In this document: positions 10,672 through 19,911 of the stretch, one piece after another
How the letters are laid out: every line of letters starts with the position of its first letter
Position numbering within the stretch: position 1 is the first letter of the stretch
Source: an uncultured Gammaproteobacteria bacterium
GTDB lineage: Bacteria; Patescibacteriota; Patescibacteriia; Magasanikbacterales; UBA922
Length of the DNA: 64,000 bases
Direction of reading: 5' to 3'
NCBI GenBank assembly: GCA_964522405.1
Contig: CAZFTR010000003.1
Span: 35,711 to 99,710 of the forward strand
The notes under the pieces: model-generated
Databases searched by the model: none
Seen by the model: only the letters and a program-made list of their open reading frames with translations
Told to the model about the DNA's origin: nothing
Program-made: the position numbers and the translations under genes

Positions 10672-10749
10672 TTAGCTAAAATTAGCAGAAAATCTCGCCT
10701 AGGCGAGATTTTTGTGTTATAATATGCTTGCTGTTTGTTAATATTTTCT

Positions 10750-11127
10750 ATGATCCCCAAAGAAAATCGTCTAAAACATATGAAGGATTTTGATATTCTC
10801 TGGAAAGAGGGTAATTTTGTAAATTCCAAATATCTCTCAGCAAAGGTTTGGAAAATAGAGCCTGAGAAGTATGAAAGGCGTGGTTATTCAGTAGAGGATC
10901 TTAAAATTGGCTTTGTTGTGGGAAAAAAAGTTCATAAAAGTGCTGTAAAGCGTAACAAAATCAAGCGTCAGATGCGTGAAGTTGTGCGATTGCTCTTAAA
11001 GAGTGATAAGTTGAATCCTGGGTTTATGCTTGCTTTTACTGCAAAACCAGGTGTAGTTGGTGCTGAGTATGAGGAAATTAGTCAAAATACTGTTGATATT
11101 TTGAAAAAAGCAAGGATTTTGAGATAA
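10750..11127 (+). CDS. rnpA: RNase P protein component
   Basis: GFVVGKKVHKSAVKRNKIKRQMRE (RNR motif); follows rpmH. Confidence 0.95.
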   Translation: MIPKENRLKHMKDFDILWKEGNFVNSKYLSAKVWKIEPEKYERRGYSVEDLKIGFVVGKKVHKSAVKRNKIKRQMREVVRLLLKSDKLNPGFMLAFTAKPGVVGAEYEEISQNTVDILKKARILR

Positions 11128-11139
11128 TTTGGCTAGTTT

Positions 11140-11415
11140 ATGCGAAGAATATTAAAATATCCACGAAAACCAGCACTTTTTTTAATAAGGGTTTATCAGA
11201 AATTCCTTTCACCTGATCATGGGCCTCTTAGGAATAAGTATCCTTATGGGTACTGCAAGTATTATCCTTCCTGTAGCCAGTATAGTTATGAAATTATTGA
11301 AAAAAAAGGTTTGGTTGTAGGTGTACCAAAATCTGTTTGGAGAATTCTGCGCTGCAATCCCTTTTCTGAGGGTGGGATTGATGAGCCTTATGAAAAAGAA
11401 AAAACTGACTGTTAG
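11140..11415 (+). CDS. yidD: Membrane protein insertion efficiency factor YidD
   Basis: CKYYPSCSQY and RILRCNPF. Confidence 0.95.
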   Translation: MRRILKYPRKPALFLIRVYQKFLSPDHGPLRNKYPYGYCKYYPSCSQYSYEIIEKKGLVVGVPKSVWRILRCNPFSEGGIDEPYEKEKTDC

Positions 11416-11456
11416 TCAGTTTTTAGTTAGGGTTGTCATCAGCGATCGGAACACCT

Positions 11457-11492
11457 ACGAAGTCCTGTCGCTCGCGAGCGACAGGACGAAGT
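11457..11492. repeat. Perfect 26-bp palindrome (REP-like)
   Basis: GTCCTGTCGCTCG|CGAGCGACAGGAC (11462-11487) with ACGAAGT direct repeats at both ends. Confidence 0.75.
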
Positions 11493-11567
11493 AAGGGGTG
11501 AAGTGGAGAGGCCCCTTTCAATATGGTGAACGAATCGATTAAATGTTACTTTGATTATATAGAAAGG

Positions 11568-11615
11568 GATCCCTCGGCTTCATTTTTCTTTCAGAAAATT
11601 CCGCTCGGGATGACA
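11568..11615. repeat. REP-like element
   Basis: GATCCCTCGG...CCGCTCGGGATGACA, resembling the recalled GATCCCTCG-CGCTCGGGATGAC interspersed repeat. Confidence 0.5.
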
Positions 11616-11645
11616 GTTTATCCCCTTTTTTCCTTTTATGATTTA

Positions 11646-11873
11646 TCAACCATGAAGTTTAATAGTTTTCAATCTCGAAGTTTTTCCTCTTACTATTTCA
11701 ATTTTAGATTTCGGCATTTTCCAGTTCTTACTTAAAAATTGAATAAGAGATTTATTTGCTTCTCCATGAGTTGGAGGAGCTTTTAATTTTACTTTAATCG
11801 TCCCATCTTCCATTTCTCCAACAATTTCATTTTTAGAAGATCGAGGAATTAATTTTATTTTAATTAGTTTCAT
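11646..11873 (-). CDS. DUF167/YggU family protein
   Basis: APPTHGEANKSLI..LSK and IVRGKTSRLK. Confidence 0.9.
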   Translation of the reverse strand: MKLIKIKLIPRSSKNEIVGEMEDGTIKVKLKAPPTHGEANKSLIQFLSKNWKMPKSKIEIVRGKTSRLKTIKLHG

Positions 11874-11964
11874 AAGTTTTATTTCACTTTAAATCATAAT
11901 ATAAAATTAACAAAAATAAAACCACTCTTGCATAAGAGTGGTTTAGAAAATATTTTTTTAGTTT

Positions 11965-13323
11965 TTATTTTGCTTCTTTTTCTTCTTTCTTTTCTTCCTG
12001 CCTGTCGGCAGACACGGCAACTTTTTCAGAAGCTTTTTCTTCGCCAACAAATTTTTCTTTTAAAAATACAGTTACTTTTTTGTTGGCTAAAACATTTCTA
12101 ATAGTATCTTTTACTTCTGCGTGTCCAAGATTTTCCATTGCCTGAGGATCATCTTTGTAAGTTTGCTTCATGGTTTCAATTTCTTTTTCAAGTTCTTCGT
12201 CACTTACGGTGATATTGTTTTCAGTAGCAACATGGCGTGAAAGAAGACTTGCTTTGGCTCGCTTAGTAGCTTGAGTTTTGAAATCTTCAAATAATTCTTC
12301 TTCTGTTTTTTTGATATCAGCCATGTATTTCTCTACGCTAATTCCATGTCTATCCAAGTCTCTTTGAAGTTCATAAAACATTTTTTTGCGTTCAGCGTCT
12401 ACTATCACAACTGGGATTTCATCAAATTTACTTTTTTCAATAAGAGTATCAAAGATTTCAATCTCAAGTTTTTGTTCAGCTTTTTGCGCTTCTTCTGCTT
12501 CTAAATTTTTCTTCAGTAGTGCTTTTAGATCTTCAAGAGATTTTTGTCCAAGAGATTTTGCAAACTCATCATCAATTGCAGGAAATTGTCTTTCAAAAAC
12601 ATCTTTTACTTTTATTTCAAAAGTTGCTGGTTTTCCAGCAAGGTTTTTCTGATAATATTCTTTTGGAAAAGTTAATTCAAAAGATTTTTCATCATCTTTT
12701 TTTACACCGATAAGTTGTTCGTTGAATCCGGGAATATGTCTTCCTTCTTCTGAAAGATAAACTCGATAATCTTTTGCTTGGCCGCCCTCTACTGGAACTC
12801 CATCTTGCTTAAGATCCATATCAATCAAAACCATGTCATCTTTTGTCGAAGCTCCGCTCTTAACAACCTCTTTTGCTTGCATCTTGGTGAGATTTTCAAG
12901 CATTTCATCGGCTTCTTTGTCTGTAACTTCTTTGGTTTTCTTGGAAATTTTAATTTTGTCCAGATCAGCAAGTTCAACTTTTGGAAGAAGTGCCACAATT
13001 GCTTTGTAAACCAGGTCATTTCCTGGTGCAATCTTTTCAATATCAATTTGAGGCATACCAATAGTTTCCACGTCTTCTTCTTTTGCTGCAGCATAAAAAG
13101 TTCTCTGAACTATAGTTTCCAGAGCTTCTTGAAGAATTGCCATTTCTCCAACTTCCTTTTTTATAATATCATAAGGAGCTTTCCCCTTTCGAAAACCCTT
13201 AATAGCTGTTTTATTAGAGATCTTAATAGCTGCTTTCTTCATATCAGCCTCATATTCCTCGGGTTTTACTGTGATTACAAGCTCAACTTGAGACTGTGGA
13301 AGTGTTTTTGAAGTGTGTGACAT
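11965..13323 (-). CDS. tig: Trigger factor
   Basis: GFRKGKAP signature; FKBP domain (IPGF..QLIG, FPKEY). Confidence 0.97.
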   Translation of the reverse strand: MSHTSKTLPQSQVELVITVKPEEYEADMKKAAIKISNKTAIKGFRKGKAPYDIIKKEVGEMAILQEALETIVQRTFYAAAKEEDVETIGMPQIDIEKIAPGNDLVYKAIVALLPKVELADLDKIKISKKTKEVTDKEADEMLENLTKMQAKEVVKSGASTKDDMVLIDMDLKQDGVPVEGGQAKDYRVYLSEEGRHIPGFNEQLIGVKKDDEKSFELTFPKEYYQKNLAGKPATFEIKVKDVFERQFPAIDDEFAKSLGQKSLEDLKALLKKNLEAEEAQKAEQKLEIEIFDTLIEKSKFDEIPVVIVDAERKKMFYELQRDLDRHGISVEKYMADIKKTEEELFEDFKTQATKRAKASLLSRHVATENNITVSDEELEKEIETMKQTYKDDPQAMENLGHAEVKDTIRNVLANKKVTVFLKEKFVGEEKASEKVAVSADRQEEKKEEKEAK

Positions 13324-13445
13324 AAATATTATTTAATTTATTATCTAATAACAGCAACATTATGCGTTATTTTGCCTAAAATGTCAAGGATTTAAGGAAT
13401 AAAATAGCTAGCCCAAGACCTCTCAACATGTTACAATATAGGGGT

Positions 13446-16136
13446 ATGAAAAAACAAAACTTCGTAATAATTGATGGAAATGCCATAATTCACCGGGCTT
13501 ATCATGCTCTTCCTCCTCTTACTGCTCGGGACGGAACTGTGGTAAATGCAGTTTATGGCTTTACTTCCATGCTTCTCAAGGTTTTAAATCATTTAAAACC
13601 TGATTATCTAGCAGTTAGTTTTGATTTACCAGGTGGAACCTTTCGAGATGAGATTTATGAGGATTATAAGGCAACCAGAGTAAAGGCAGACCAGGAGCTA
13701 TATGACCAAATTCCACTTGCTCATGAGGTGGTAGAAGCTTTTGATATACCAATATATACCAAAGAAGGCTATGAGGCAGATGATGTCATCGGTACAATCA
13801 CTCATAAAACCAAGAAACTCAAAGTAAAAGGCATAACTAGCATAATTGTTTCAGGAGATAAGGATCTTCTTCAGTTGGTAGATGATCAAAAAGTAGAGGT
13901 TTACCTGCTTAGAAAGGGGATTTCAGAGTATGAACTCTATGATGACAAGGCTGTTGAAGAGCGTTTTGGCTTTGGTCCTGAGTATATAGTGGATTTTAAG
14001 TCGCTTATGGGTGACAGTTCTGACAATATTCCCGGTGTGGCAGGTGTTGGTAAGAAAACAGCCACAGATTTGATTCAAAAAGTAGGTGGATTAGATAAAA
14101 TATACAAAAATCTTGATAAATTAGAGGATTTTGGCATAAAGGGGTCAGTTAAGAAGAAACTTGAAGCAGATGAGGACAATGCTCGCATGAGTAAGGAATT
14201 GGCTCAAATCCATACAGATGTAAAAGACATTAAGTTTTCTATCAAAGATTGCGTAGTTTCAGAGTTAAATATAGAGGAAATAAAGGAATTATTTAAAAAA
14301 TTTGAGTTTTATTCTCTCATAAATCGACTTCCTGGGGTTAAAGCTAGCGAAAGAAAAGCCAGCAAATCTTCAAAAAAAGAAAAAACTAGAAATATTGAGT
14401 TAGATGAGCTGGTTTCTTCTCTCAAAAAAGCAGAAAGTTTTTATTGTAAAGAAGTTCTCGACGGAAAAGATTTATTTTCAGACAAGTTAAGAGGATTGGT
14501 TTTTGTTACCGGAGGGGAATCAAGTTTTCTGGAACTAAATTGGCTTCCAGGAAAAACAGAAATTCAAAAAAAAGATCTGAAGAGTTTTAATCAGATTTTT
14601 TCAGATCAAGAAAAGACCCTTGTTGGTCATGATTTGAAGAAATTAATAAAATCATTGGATGTTTTTGGTTTGGGTGTTGAAAATCAGCTTTTTGATGTTA
14701 TGGTTGCCTCATACATAATAGATTCTAGTAGTAGAAATCATGATTTGGCTAGTGTGGTTTTGAGAGAAACAGGAAAAGAACTACACAAATCAAATGAACA
14801 GGGTACTTTGTTTGGGGTAGATCCTTCAGTGGTTGCCACACATGGATCATATATTCTAGAAGTCCAGGAAAAACAAGTAGAAAAATTAAAAAAGGACGCA
14901 AATCTGGGACTTTTTGAAAAAATAGAAATGCCACTTATTCCGGTTCTGGCAGAAATGGAGTTTAATGGAATTGCAGTTGATAGTAAACTTCTCAATGGTT
15001 TGTCAGAGCGAGCCACAAGTACTATAAATAAACTAAATAAGAAAATTTGGAAAGAAGCAGGGGAAGAATTCAATGTAGCCTCATCAGTTCAGCTTCGTGA
15101 AATTCTTTTTGAAAAAATGGAACTACCAACAGAGGGAATTAAAAAAGGAAAAACAGGATATTCAACTGCCTCCTCAGAGCTAGAAAAGCTTAGAGGGTTT
15201 AGTCCTGTAATAGAAATGATAGAAGAGTTTAGAGAGGTTTCAAAACTTCAGAATACCTATACAGATGTTTTGCCAGGTTTGGTAAACAAAAATACAAGAA
15301 GAATACACACTACATTTAATCAGGCAGTAACTACAACCGGAAGATTATCCAGTTCAGATCCAAATTTACAAAATATACCGATACGAACAGAACTTGGCAG
15401 AGAAATAAGAAATGCTTTTGTTTCAGAAAAAGGAAATACACTGATAGCGGCAGATTATTCACAGATTGAACTTAGGATTGTGGCCTCACTGGCGCAGGAT
15501 AAAACACTTTTGGAGATTTTTAAAAAAGGAGAAGATGTGCACAAAGCAACTGCAGCAGCCATAAATGGAGTTCCGCTTAAGGATGTAACCAAAGAAATGA
15601 GAAGTGCAGCCAAAGAGGTAAATTTTGGAGTGCTCTATGGTATGGGAGCTTTTGGGTTGTCAATGAGAACCGGAATTCCTGCTTGGCAAGCAAAAGAATT
15701 TATAGAAAAATATTTTGAAAAGTTTAGTGGAGTGAAAAAATACCTGGATCAAACACTTAAGTTCGCCAAAAAAGAAGGATATGTAGAAACGCTTTTTGGA
15801 AGACGAAGATATATAGTGGAATTAAAATCCCAAAATTATCAAATCAGAAGTGCGGGAGAGAGAATGGCAATCAATATGCCGATTCAAGGAACAGCAGCAG
15901 ACTTGATGAAAATGGCCATGATAAAAGTTTTTCAGAAAATAAAAGAAATAAAGAATTATCGTCAAAAAATAAGGATGATTTTACAGGTTCATGATGAATT
16001 GGTACTGGAAGTGGGCAAAGGAATGGAAAAAGAGATTTCAGAATTGGTAAAAGAAGAAATGGAAAATGTCACTGAGCTTAGAGTTCCAATAGAAGTTCAT
16101 GTTGGCGCGGGGAAAAGTTGGGGCGGGATAAAATAA
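13446..16136 (+). CDS. polA: DNA polymerase I
   Basis: 5'-3' exonuclease motifs (IIDG, EADDVIG, GDSSDNIPGV); DYSQIELR, AKEVNFGVLYG, QVHDEL; alternative start 13428. Confidence 0.98.
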   Translation: MKKQNFVIIDGNAIIHRAYHALPPLTARDGTVVNAVYGFTSMLLKVLNHLKPDYLAVSFDLPGGTFRDEIYEDYKATRVKADQELYDQIPLAHEVVEAFDIPIYTKEGYEADDVIGTITHKTKKLKVKGITSIIVSGDKDLLQLVDDQKVEVYLLRKGISEYELYDDKAVEERFGFGPEYIVDFKSLMGDSSDNIPGVAGVGKKTATDLIQKVGGLDKIYKNLDKLEDFGIKGSVKKKLEADEDNARMSKELAQIHTDVKDIKFSIKDCVVSELNIEEIKELFKKFEFYSLINRLPGVKASERKASKSSKKEKTRNIELDELVSSLKKAESFYCKEVLDGKDLFSDKLRGLVFVTGGESSFLELNWLPGKTEIQKKDLKSFNQIFSDQEKTLVGHDLKKLIKSLDVFGLGVENQLFDVMVASYIIDSSSRNHDLASVVLRETGKELHKSNEQGTLFGVDPSVVATHGSYILEVQEKQVEKLKKDANLGLFEKIEMPLIPVLAEMEFNGIAVDSKLLNGLSERATSTINKLNKKIWKEAGEEFNVASSVQLREILFEKMELPTEGIKKGKTGYSTASSELEKLRGFSPVIEMIEEFREVSKLQNTYTDVLPGLVNKNTRRIHTTFNQAVTTTGRLSSSDPNLQNIPIRTELGREIRNAFVSEKGNTLIAADYSQIELRIVASLAQDKTLLEIFKKGEDVHKATAAAINGVPLKDVTKEMRSAAKEVNFGVLYGMGAFGLSMRTGIPAWQAKEFIEKYFEKFSGVKKYLDQTLKFAKKEGYVETLFGRRRYIVELKSQNYQIRSAGERMAINMPIQGTAADLMKMAMIKVFQKIKEIKNYRQKIRMILQVHDELVLEVGKGMEKEISELVKEEMENVTELRVPIEVHVGAGKSWGGIK

Positions 16137-16227
16137 TGAGTCTAAAGAGAAAAGTATAAAGGTGAACGGTGGAAAAATTCTGATGTAAGTCAGAATTTTT
16201 TATTGTGAAAACTGAAAAGTTCGGCGT

Positions 16228-16453
16228 AAATAAAAACGCCCCGATGGTCAATCGGAGCGCGTTTGCTGCTGAAGGGTGGCGGGGCTCGGAGAGTCCCGCC
16301 GACGAGTCCTGATGGTCGGCTGCTGGAACAGCCAACCGGATCTCGCCGCCCACTCAGCGCAGCGCGCAGCTCAACGAGGGAAGAGACCCCTCGCAGGCCA
16401 TCGGCACCTGAAGACCCAGGCGCGTAGCACACCGTTAGCCGCTTTGTGGACAT
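16228..16453 (-). ncRNA. Putative structured ncRNA A (unknown family)
   Basis: Promoter TTGACA(16487)-17-TTTAAT; GC-rich multi-hairpin body; terminator GCTCCGAT-TGACC-ATCGGGGC plus U-tract; 33/37-nt match to the element at 29011-29047. Confidence 0.7.
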
Positions 16454-16537
16454 CGTCCATTAAAGCACACTTTCTGAGTCTTGTCAAGCAGTTGCGCGCC
16501 TCACCGCTGCCCTCGACAGGCGGCAAAGGAGGACGCA

Positions 16538-16627
16538 ATGCGCTCATCGTCACCGCCCGAACTTCGTCGTCAACCACCAGGCCCTCTGCCTGAGCTTCGC
16601 TTCAGTCCTGAAGATGAGGCTCTTTAA
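16538..16627 (+). CDS. Candidate 29-aa peptide MRSSSPPELRRQPPGPLPELRFSPEDEAL
   Basis: Strong SD AAAGGAGG 6 nt before the ATG, buried in a hairpin; terminator at 16659-16687. Confidence 0.35.
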   Translation: MRSSSPPELRRQPPGPLPELRFSPEDEAL

Positions 16628-16658
16628 TATTGTCAGGATGGTTATAAAGTATCCAAAC

Positions 16659-16687
16659 AAAAAATACAGCCAAAAGCTGTATTTTTT
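16659..16687. terminator. Bidirectional intrinsic terminator
   Basis: AAAAAATACAGC-CAAAA-GCTGTATTTTTT. Confidence 0.85.
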
Positions 16688-16721
16688 GTTTGGATTTTTT
16701 TTGTAGATTGACGACTTTAGT

Positions 16722-17948
16722 TTAATCCTCAATATCAACAATATATCTAAAACCAAAACCGTGCAGAGTCCAGTCAATGGCAATTTTCAATTTACGCATA
16801 AAACCAGGCATAAAAAGTAGATAAACAGTACGACGAATCCACCAGGCCAATCTTCCAAATAATACAAAATTGCCAATAATCATCACACCATACCAGTCAC
16901 CAATAGGCATTAGCACTCCTCTTGGTTTAAACATAAAAGGTCTGGTTTTTTTAGTTCTATAAGTTCTAGAGATGTGCTTAGCAACATACTGAGCTTCTTT
17001 GTGAGCAGCTTCAGCAAGCTGAGGATAAGGAATATTACTGTCAGGATCAAGGAGAAGCATAATATCTCCAATAGCGTAGAGAGAAGGATCATTTATGTGG
17101 GTGAGTTTATTGGTAACCGGAATTCTGCCTTTTTGAGTATGAGATTTTGCCAGAAATTTATCAGCAATATTGCTAAATCCGGTAGTCCAAATAGTAATAT
17201 CGCTTTTAATTGTTTTGTCACTATCAAGTACAACGCTATCAGCTCTTACTTCTTTTACACGGGTTCGCAAATAAGTTTTAATTCCTCTTTTTCTGAATCT
17301 GTTTGTTATTTTCTTGCGAACTTTTTCGGGCATGACCTTAAGAAGAAGATCTCCGGATTCAACAATACTGATGTTTACTTTGATATGAGGATAGAGTTTA
17401 GCTACATCTCTCTCAACAAAATCGCAAAATTGACCGGCAACCTCAACACCTGTAAATCCACCTCCGGCAACAACAATTTCCAGATTTTTTTGACTACAAT
17501 TTTCAAGTTTTTTGATAATTTCCTCATGAAGATCAACAGCACCCTTGAGACTTCGCACATGATGCGAAAATTTCTCTGCACCTTTTACTCCGAAATAGTT
17601 AGTAGTGCTACCAAGGGCAACAACACAGTATTCATAACTAATTTCCCCCATGCTTGTAACAACTTTTTTGGATTTTGGTTGAATTTTTTTTATTTCAGCT
17701 TTTATAAAACTGTGGGGAGTATGATGAACCAATTCGCGAAGAGGGACAGCACAATGATTTGGCTCTATAGAGCCGGCAGCAGCTTCATGAAGCATGGGAA
17801 CAAAAGTAAAATAATTGTTTTTATCAACAATGGTAATTTTTTTGTTGATGTTTTTCTTCTTTAGAAGTTTAGAAAGCGAGCGAAAAGTCTCATAGCCTCC
17901 AATACCAGCTCCAAGAATTAGAATATCAGTTTTTATATTTTTATGCAT
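16722..17948 (-). CDS. ndh: Type II NADH dehydrogenase-like FAD-dependent oxidoreductase
   Basis: ILGAGIGG, FVPMLHE, GGGFTGVE, YAIGD, PQLAEAA. Confidence 0.85.
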   Translation of the reverse strand: MHKNIKTDILILGAGIGGYETFRSLSKLLKKKNINKKITIVDKNNYFTFVPMLHEAAAGSIEPNHCAVPLRELVHHTPHSFIKAEIKKIQPKSKKVVTSMGEISYEYCVVALGSTTNYFGVKGAEKFSHHVRSLKGAVDLHEEIIKKLENCSQKNLEIVVAGGGFTGVEVAGQFCDFVERDVAKLYPHIKVNISIVESGDLLLKVMPEKVRKKITNRFRKRGIKTYLRTRVKEVRADSVVLDSDKTIKSDITIWTTGFSNIADKFLAKSHTQKGRIPVTNKLTHINDPSLYAIGDIMLLLDPDSNIPYPQLAEAAHKEAQYVAKHISRTYRTKKTRPFMFKPRGVLMPIGDWYGVMIIGNFVLFGRLAWWIRRTVYLLFMPGFMRKLKIAIDWTLHGFGFRYIVDIED

Positions 17949-17958
17949 AAGATTATAT

Positions 17959-17992
17959 CCCCCCTCCTTGAAAAGGAGGGGGTTAGGGGGTA
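17959..17992. repeat. REP-like hairpin
   Basis: CCCCCTCCTT-GAA-AAGGAGGGGG followed by TTAGGGGG. Confidence 0.55.
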
Positions 17993-18003
17993 GTTATCAA
18001 TAA

Positions 18004-18417
18004 TTATTTTTTAGAGGATTTTTTTATGAGAAGAGATTTGATTTCATCAAGGTCTTTTTGCATGTCCTGGATTTCGCGTTCAGCTTTTCTGTTTACTGCA
18101 TAGTCATATTTAGCAGTAATTCTGTCCCGTTCAGTTTGTCTGTTCTGGCTCATAAGGATAATAGGAGCCTGAATAGCTGCAACACAAGATAAAATTAGAT
18201 TGAGAAGAATAAAAGGGTATGGATCCCATTGATTGCTCCAGGCAGCCACATTGATCATCATCCAAAAAACTAAGAAAGTTAAGAAAATAATAATAAATAA
18301 CCAACTTCCAAAAAAAGAAGTAATGCTGTCAGTTGATCGTTGTCCAAGAGTTAACTTTTTTTTACCGGCTATTACCGGATGCTCTCCAGTTTTTCTATGT
18401 TTAAAAGGAATTTTCAT
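18004..18417 (-). CDS. DUF1003 family membrane protein
   Basis: DPYPFILLNLILSCVAAIQAPIILMSQNRQ. Confidence 0.93.
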   Translation of the reverse strand: MKIPFKHRKTGEHPVIAGKKKLTLGQRSTDSITSFFGSWLFIIIFLTFLVFWMMINVAAWSNQWDPYPFILLNLILSCVAAIQAPIILMSQNRQTERDRITAKYDYAVNRKAEREIQDMQKDLDEIKSLLIKKSSKK

Positions 18418-18591
18418 AGTGGCTTAATTATATCACAAAAATAATTGAAAAAAAATAAAATAAAAAACACCGAGTGGTGTTAAATTAAGATTCTCGACCG
18501 GCCCATGCTGAAGTGACAGGTGGTCGAGCATGGGACGGTGGGGTGAAAGAGCAGTGTGGTTTCCTCCTGTAAGGTTTGGCGGCGCAGCTCG

Positions 18592-18807
18592 CTACATGGA
18601 GGTGAAGATATGCCCCCGGAAGTCTTCAACTGCCATGGTGCGGACCGAAGTCCAGCCGATGTATGAGAGATGGACGTGGGGACGTCCCCCAAATTCGAAT
18701 TGGACATCCGGGCGAGCGATCCTCTCCTCGATTTCTTCCCTGGAGTCCAAGAGCGCGACCTGAACCACCTTGCGACCCTTGAGTCTCGGGTGGTCAACGA
18801 TTCTCAT
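18592..18807 (-). CDS. Small hypothetical protein (GC-rich unit)
   Basis: SD GAGGAGG 4 nt before the ATG; promoter TTGACA(18867)-17-TTAACT; terminator ACACC-ACTC-GGTGT plus T-tract near 18465-18480. Confidence 0.7.
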   Translation of the reverse strand: MRIVDHPRLKGRKVVQVALLDSREEIEERIARPDVQFEFGGRPHVHLSYIGWTSVRTMAVEDFRGHIFTSM

Positions 18808-18958
18808 AGCCCCTCCTCTAGGCGCGTATTTAAGGAATAGTTAATCAAATAGGTAAGTTTTTGTCAAACAAAAAATTCCTATTTTGTGAAAGGAATTTTT
18901 TGCTATCTTTTTTGTACAAAAAAGGGAATGCCGACTTTGTGAGGAGTGCCGGCAACTC

Positions 18959-19441
18959 CTACCAGGGAAGCTTGAACGAGATGGTCGGCTTGAAGGCCAG
19001 AGACCAAGGACCGTCGACCAGCTTTCCCACTCCGAAGAGGAAAAGCAGGGAGGTCGTCTCGTTGATCTTGACGCCCGGGGTGACGGACAGTCCGATCAAA
19101 TGCTTCCACTCGTCGTTGTAGGGAGGGGTGGGTTCGTAGAGCAGGGTGATGGAGAGGAGGCTCTGCTCGGAGAGCTTAACCACTGGGCCAGTGAAGACAC
19201 GCGGGTTAGGTTTCAGTGCTGTCGTCGGGATCGAGATCCCGATTTCCGAGTGCCAGCCCAGTCCCTCGACCACCGGGAAGGCCACTCCGACGCCGAGCAC
19301 GGTTTTGCTCGGCAGAAACTTGGCGCCGTCGTCGGGGAAGGCCACGGCCCAGCTCTGGCCTGCGCCGATGCGGAAGGTCTGGGCGTTGGCAGTGTTGTAG
19401 AGGGGGGTGAGGATGGACAGGATCAGGATCAGGTTTTTCAC
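18959..19441 (-). CDS. Secreted beta-strand-rich, outer-membrane beta-barrel-like protein (GC-rich unit)
   Basis: Signal peptide ending ANA; about eight amphipathic strands; C-terminal aromatic (SFKLPW); SD AAGGAG; GTG start overlaps the upstream stop. Confidence 0.7.
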   Translation of the reverse strand: MKNLILILSILTPLYNTANAQTFRIGAGQSWAVAFPDDGAKFLPSKTVLGVGVAFPVVEGLGWHSEIGISIPTTALKPNPRVFTGPVVKLSEQSLLSITLLYEPTPPYNDEWKHLIGLSVTPGVKINETTSLLFLFGVGKLVDGPWSLAFKPTISFKLPW

Positions 19442-19713
19442 TTGGTTTCTCCTTCAAGTCCTTTAGTGAGCCAGTCGAAGAGCTTCACTCTGAGTCGCGA
19501 CTTGGCGAAAAACCAGCCTGCGCATGCGATGATGCCGGCCATGAAACCAGACCCCAGCATGTGGAACTTCAGGTTCTGCTCAGGGTTGAAACCCAGAAGG
19601 TCGCTACAGTAGTTGAACAAGTCGATCATGGCGTAGGCGTACAGGGAGACGCACCACAGAATCAACACGCCAGAGAGACCCCAGATCGGAATCACCAGGA
19701 TTTTTTTGACCAC
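19438..19713 (-). CDS. Two-TM hypothetical membrane protein (GC-rich unit)
   Basis: SD GGAGG 5 nt before GTG; promoter TTGACA(19792)-17-TAGAGT; two hydrophobic segments. Confidence 0.7.
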   Translation of the reverse strand: MVKKILVIPIWGLSGVLILWCVSLYAYAMIDLFNYCSDLLGFNPEQNLKFHMLGSGFMAGIIACAGWFFAKSRLRVKLFDWLTKGLEGETK

Positions 19714-19822
19714 AGTCGCCTCCGCGAACGGTTTAGAAGGAACAATTCAAGCTTGATGATCCAACTCTATCATATTTTTCTGTATGTGTCAAGTATATTT
19801 GGCTAAAATAAGCTAAAAAAAC

Positions 19823-19907
19823 GTCATCTACAAAATGACTAGATTTATAAATTATTGATTTTTTCGCTAAATATAGTATAATAAGATTGTCATAAAAAAT
19901 ATGACAA
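19823..19907. promoter_or_regulatory. Two GTCAT-N7-ATGAC operators and a promoter
   Basis: Inverted repeats at 19823-19839 and 19889-19905; + strand TTGATT...TATAAT promoter between them. Confidence 0.65.
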
Positions 19908-19911
19908 AACT

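Noticed and set aside
16190-16453. 87-aa ORF over ncRNA A
   Set aside because: Runs through the terminator and has no counterpart in paralog B; leaderless translation is not fully excluded
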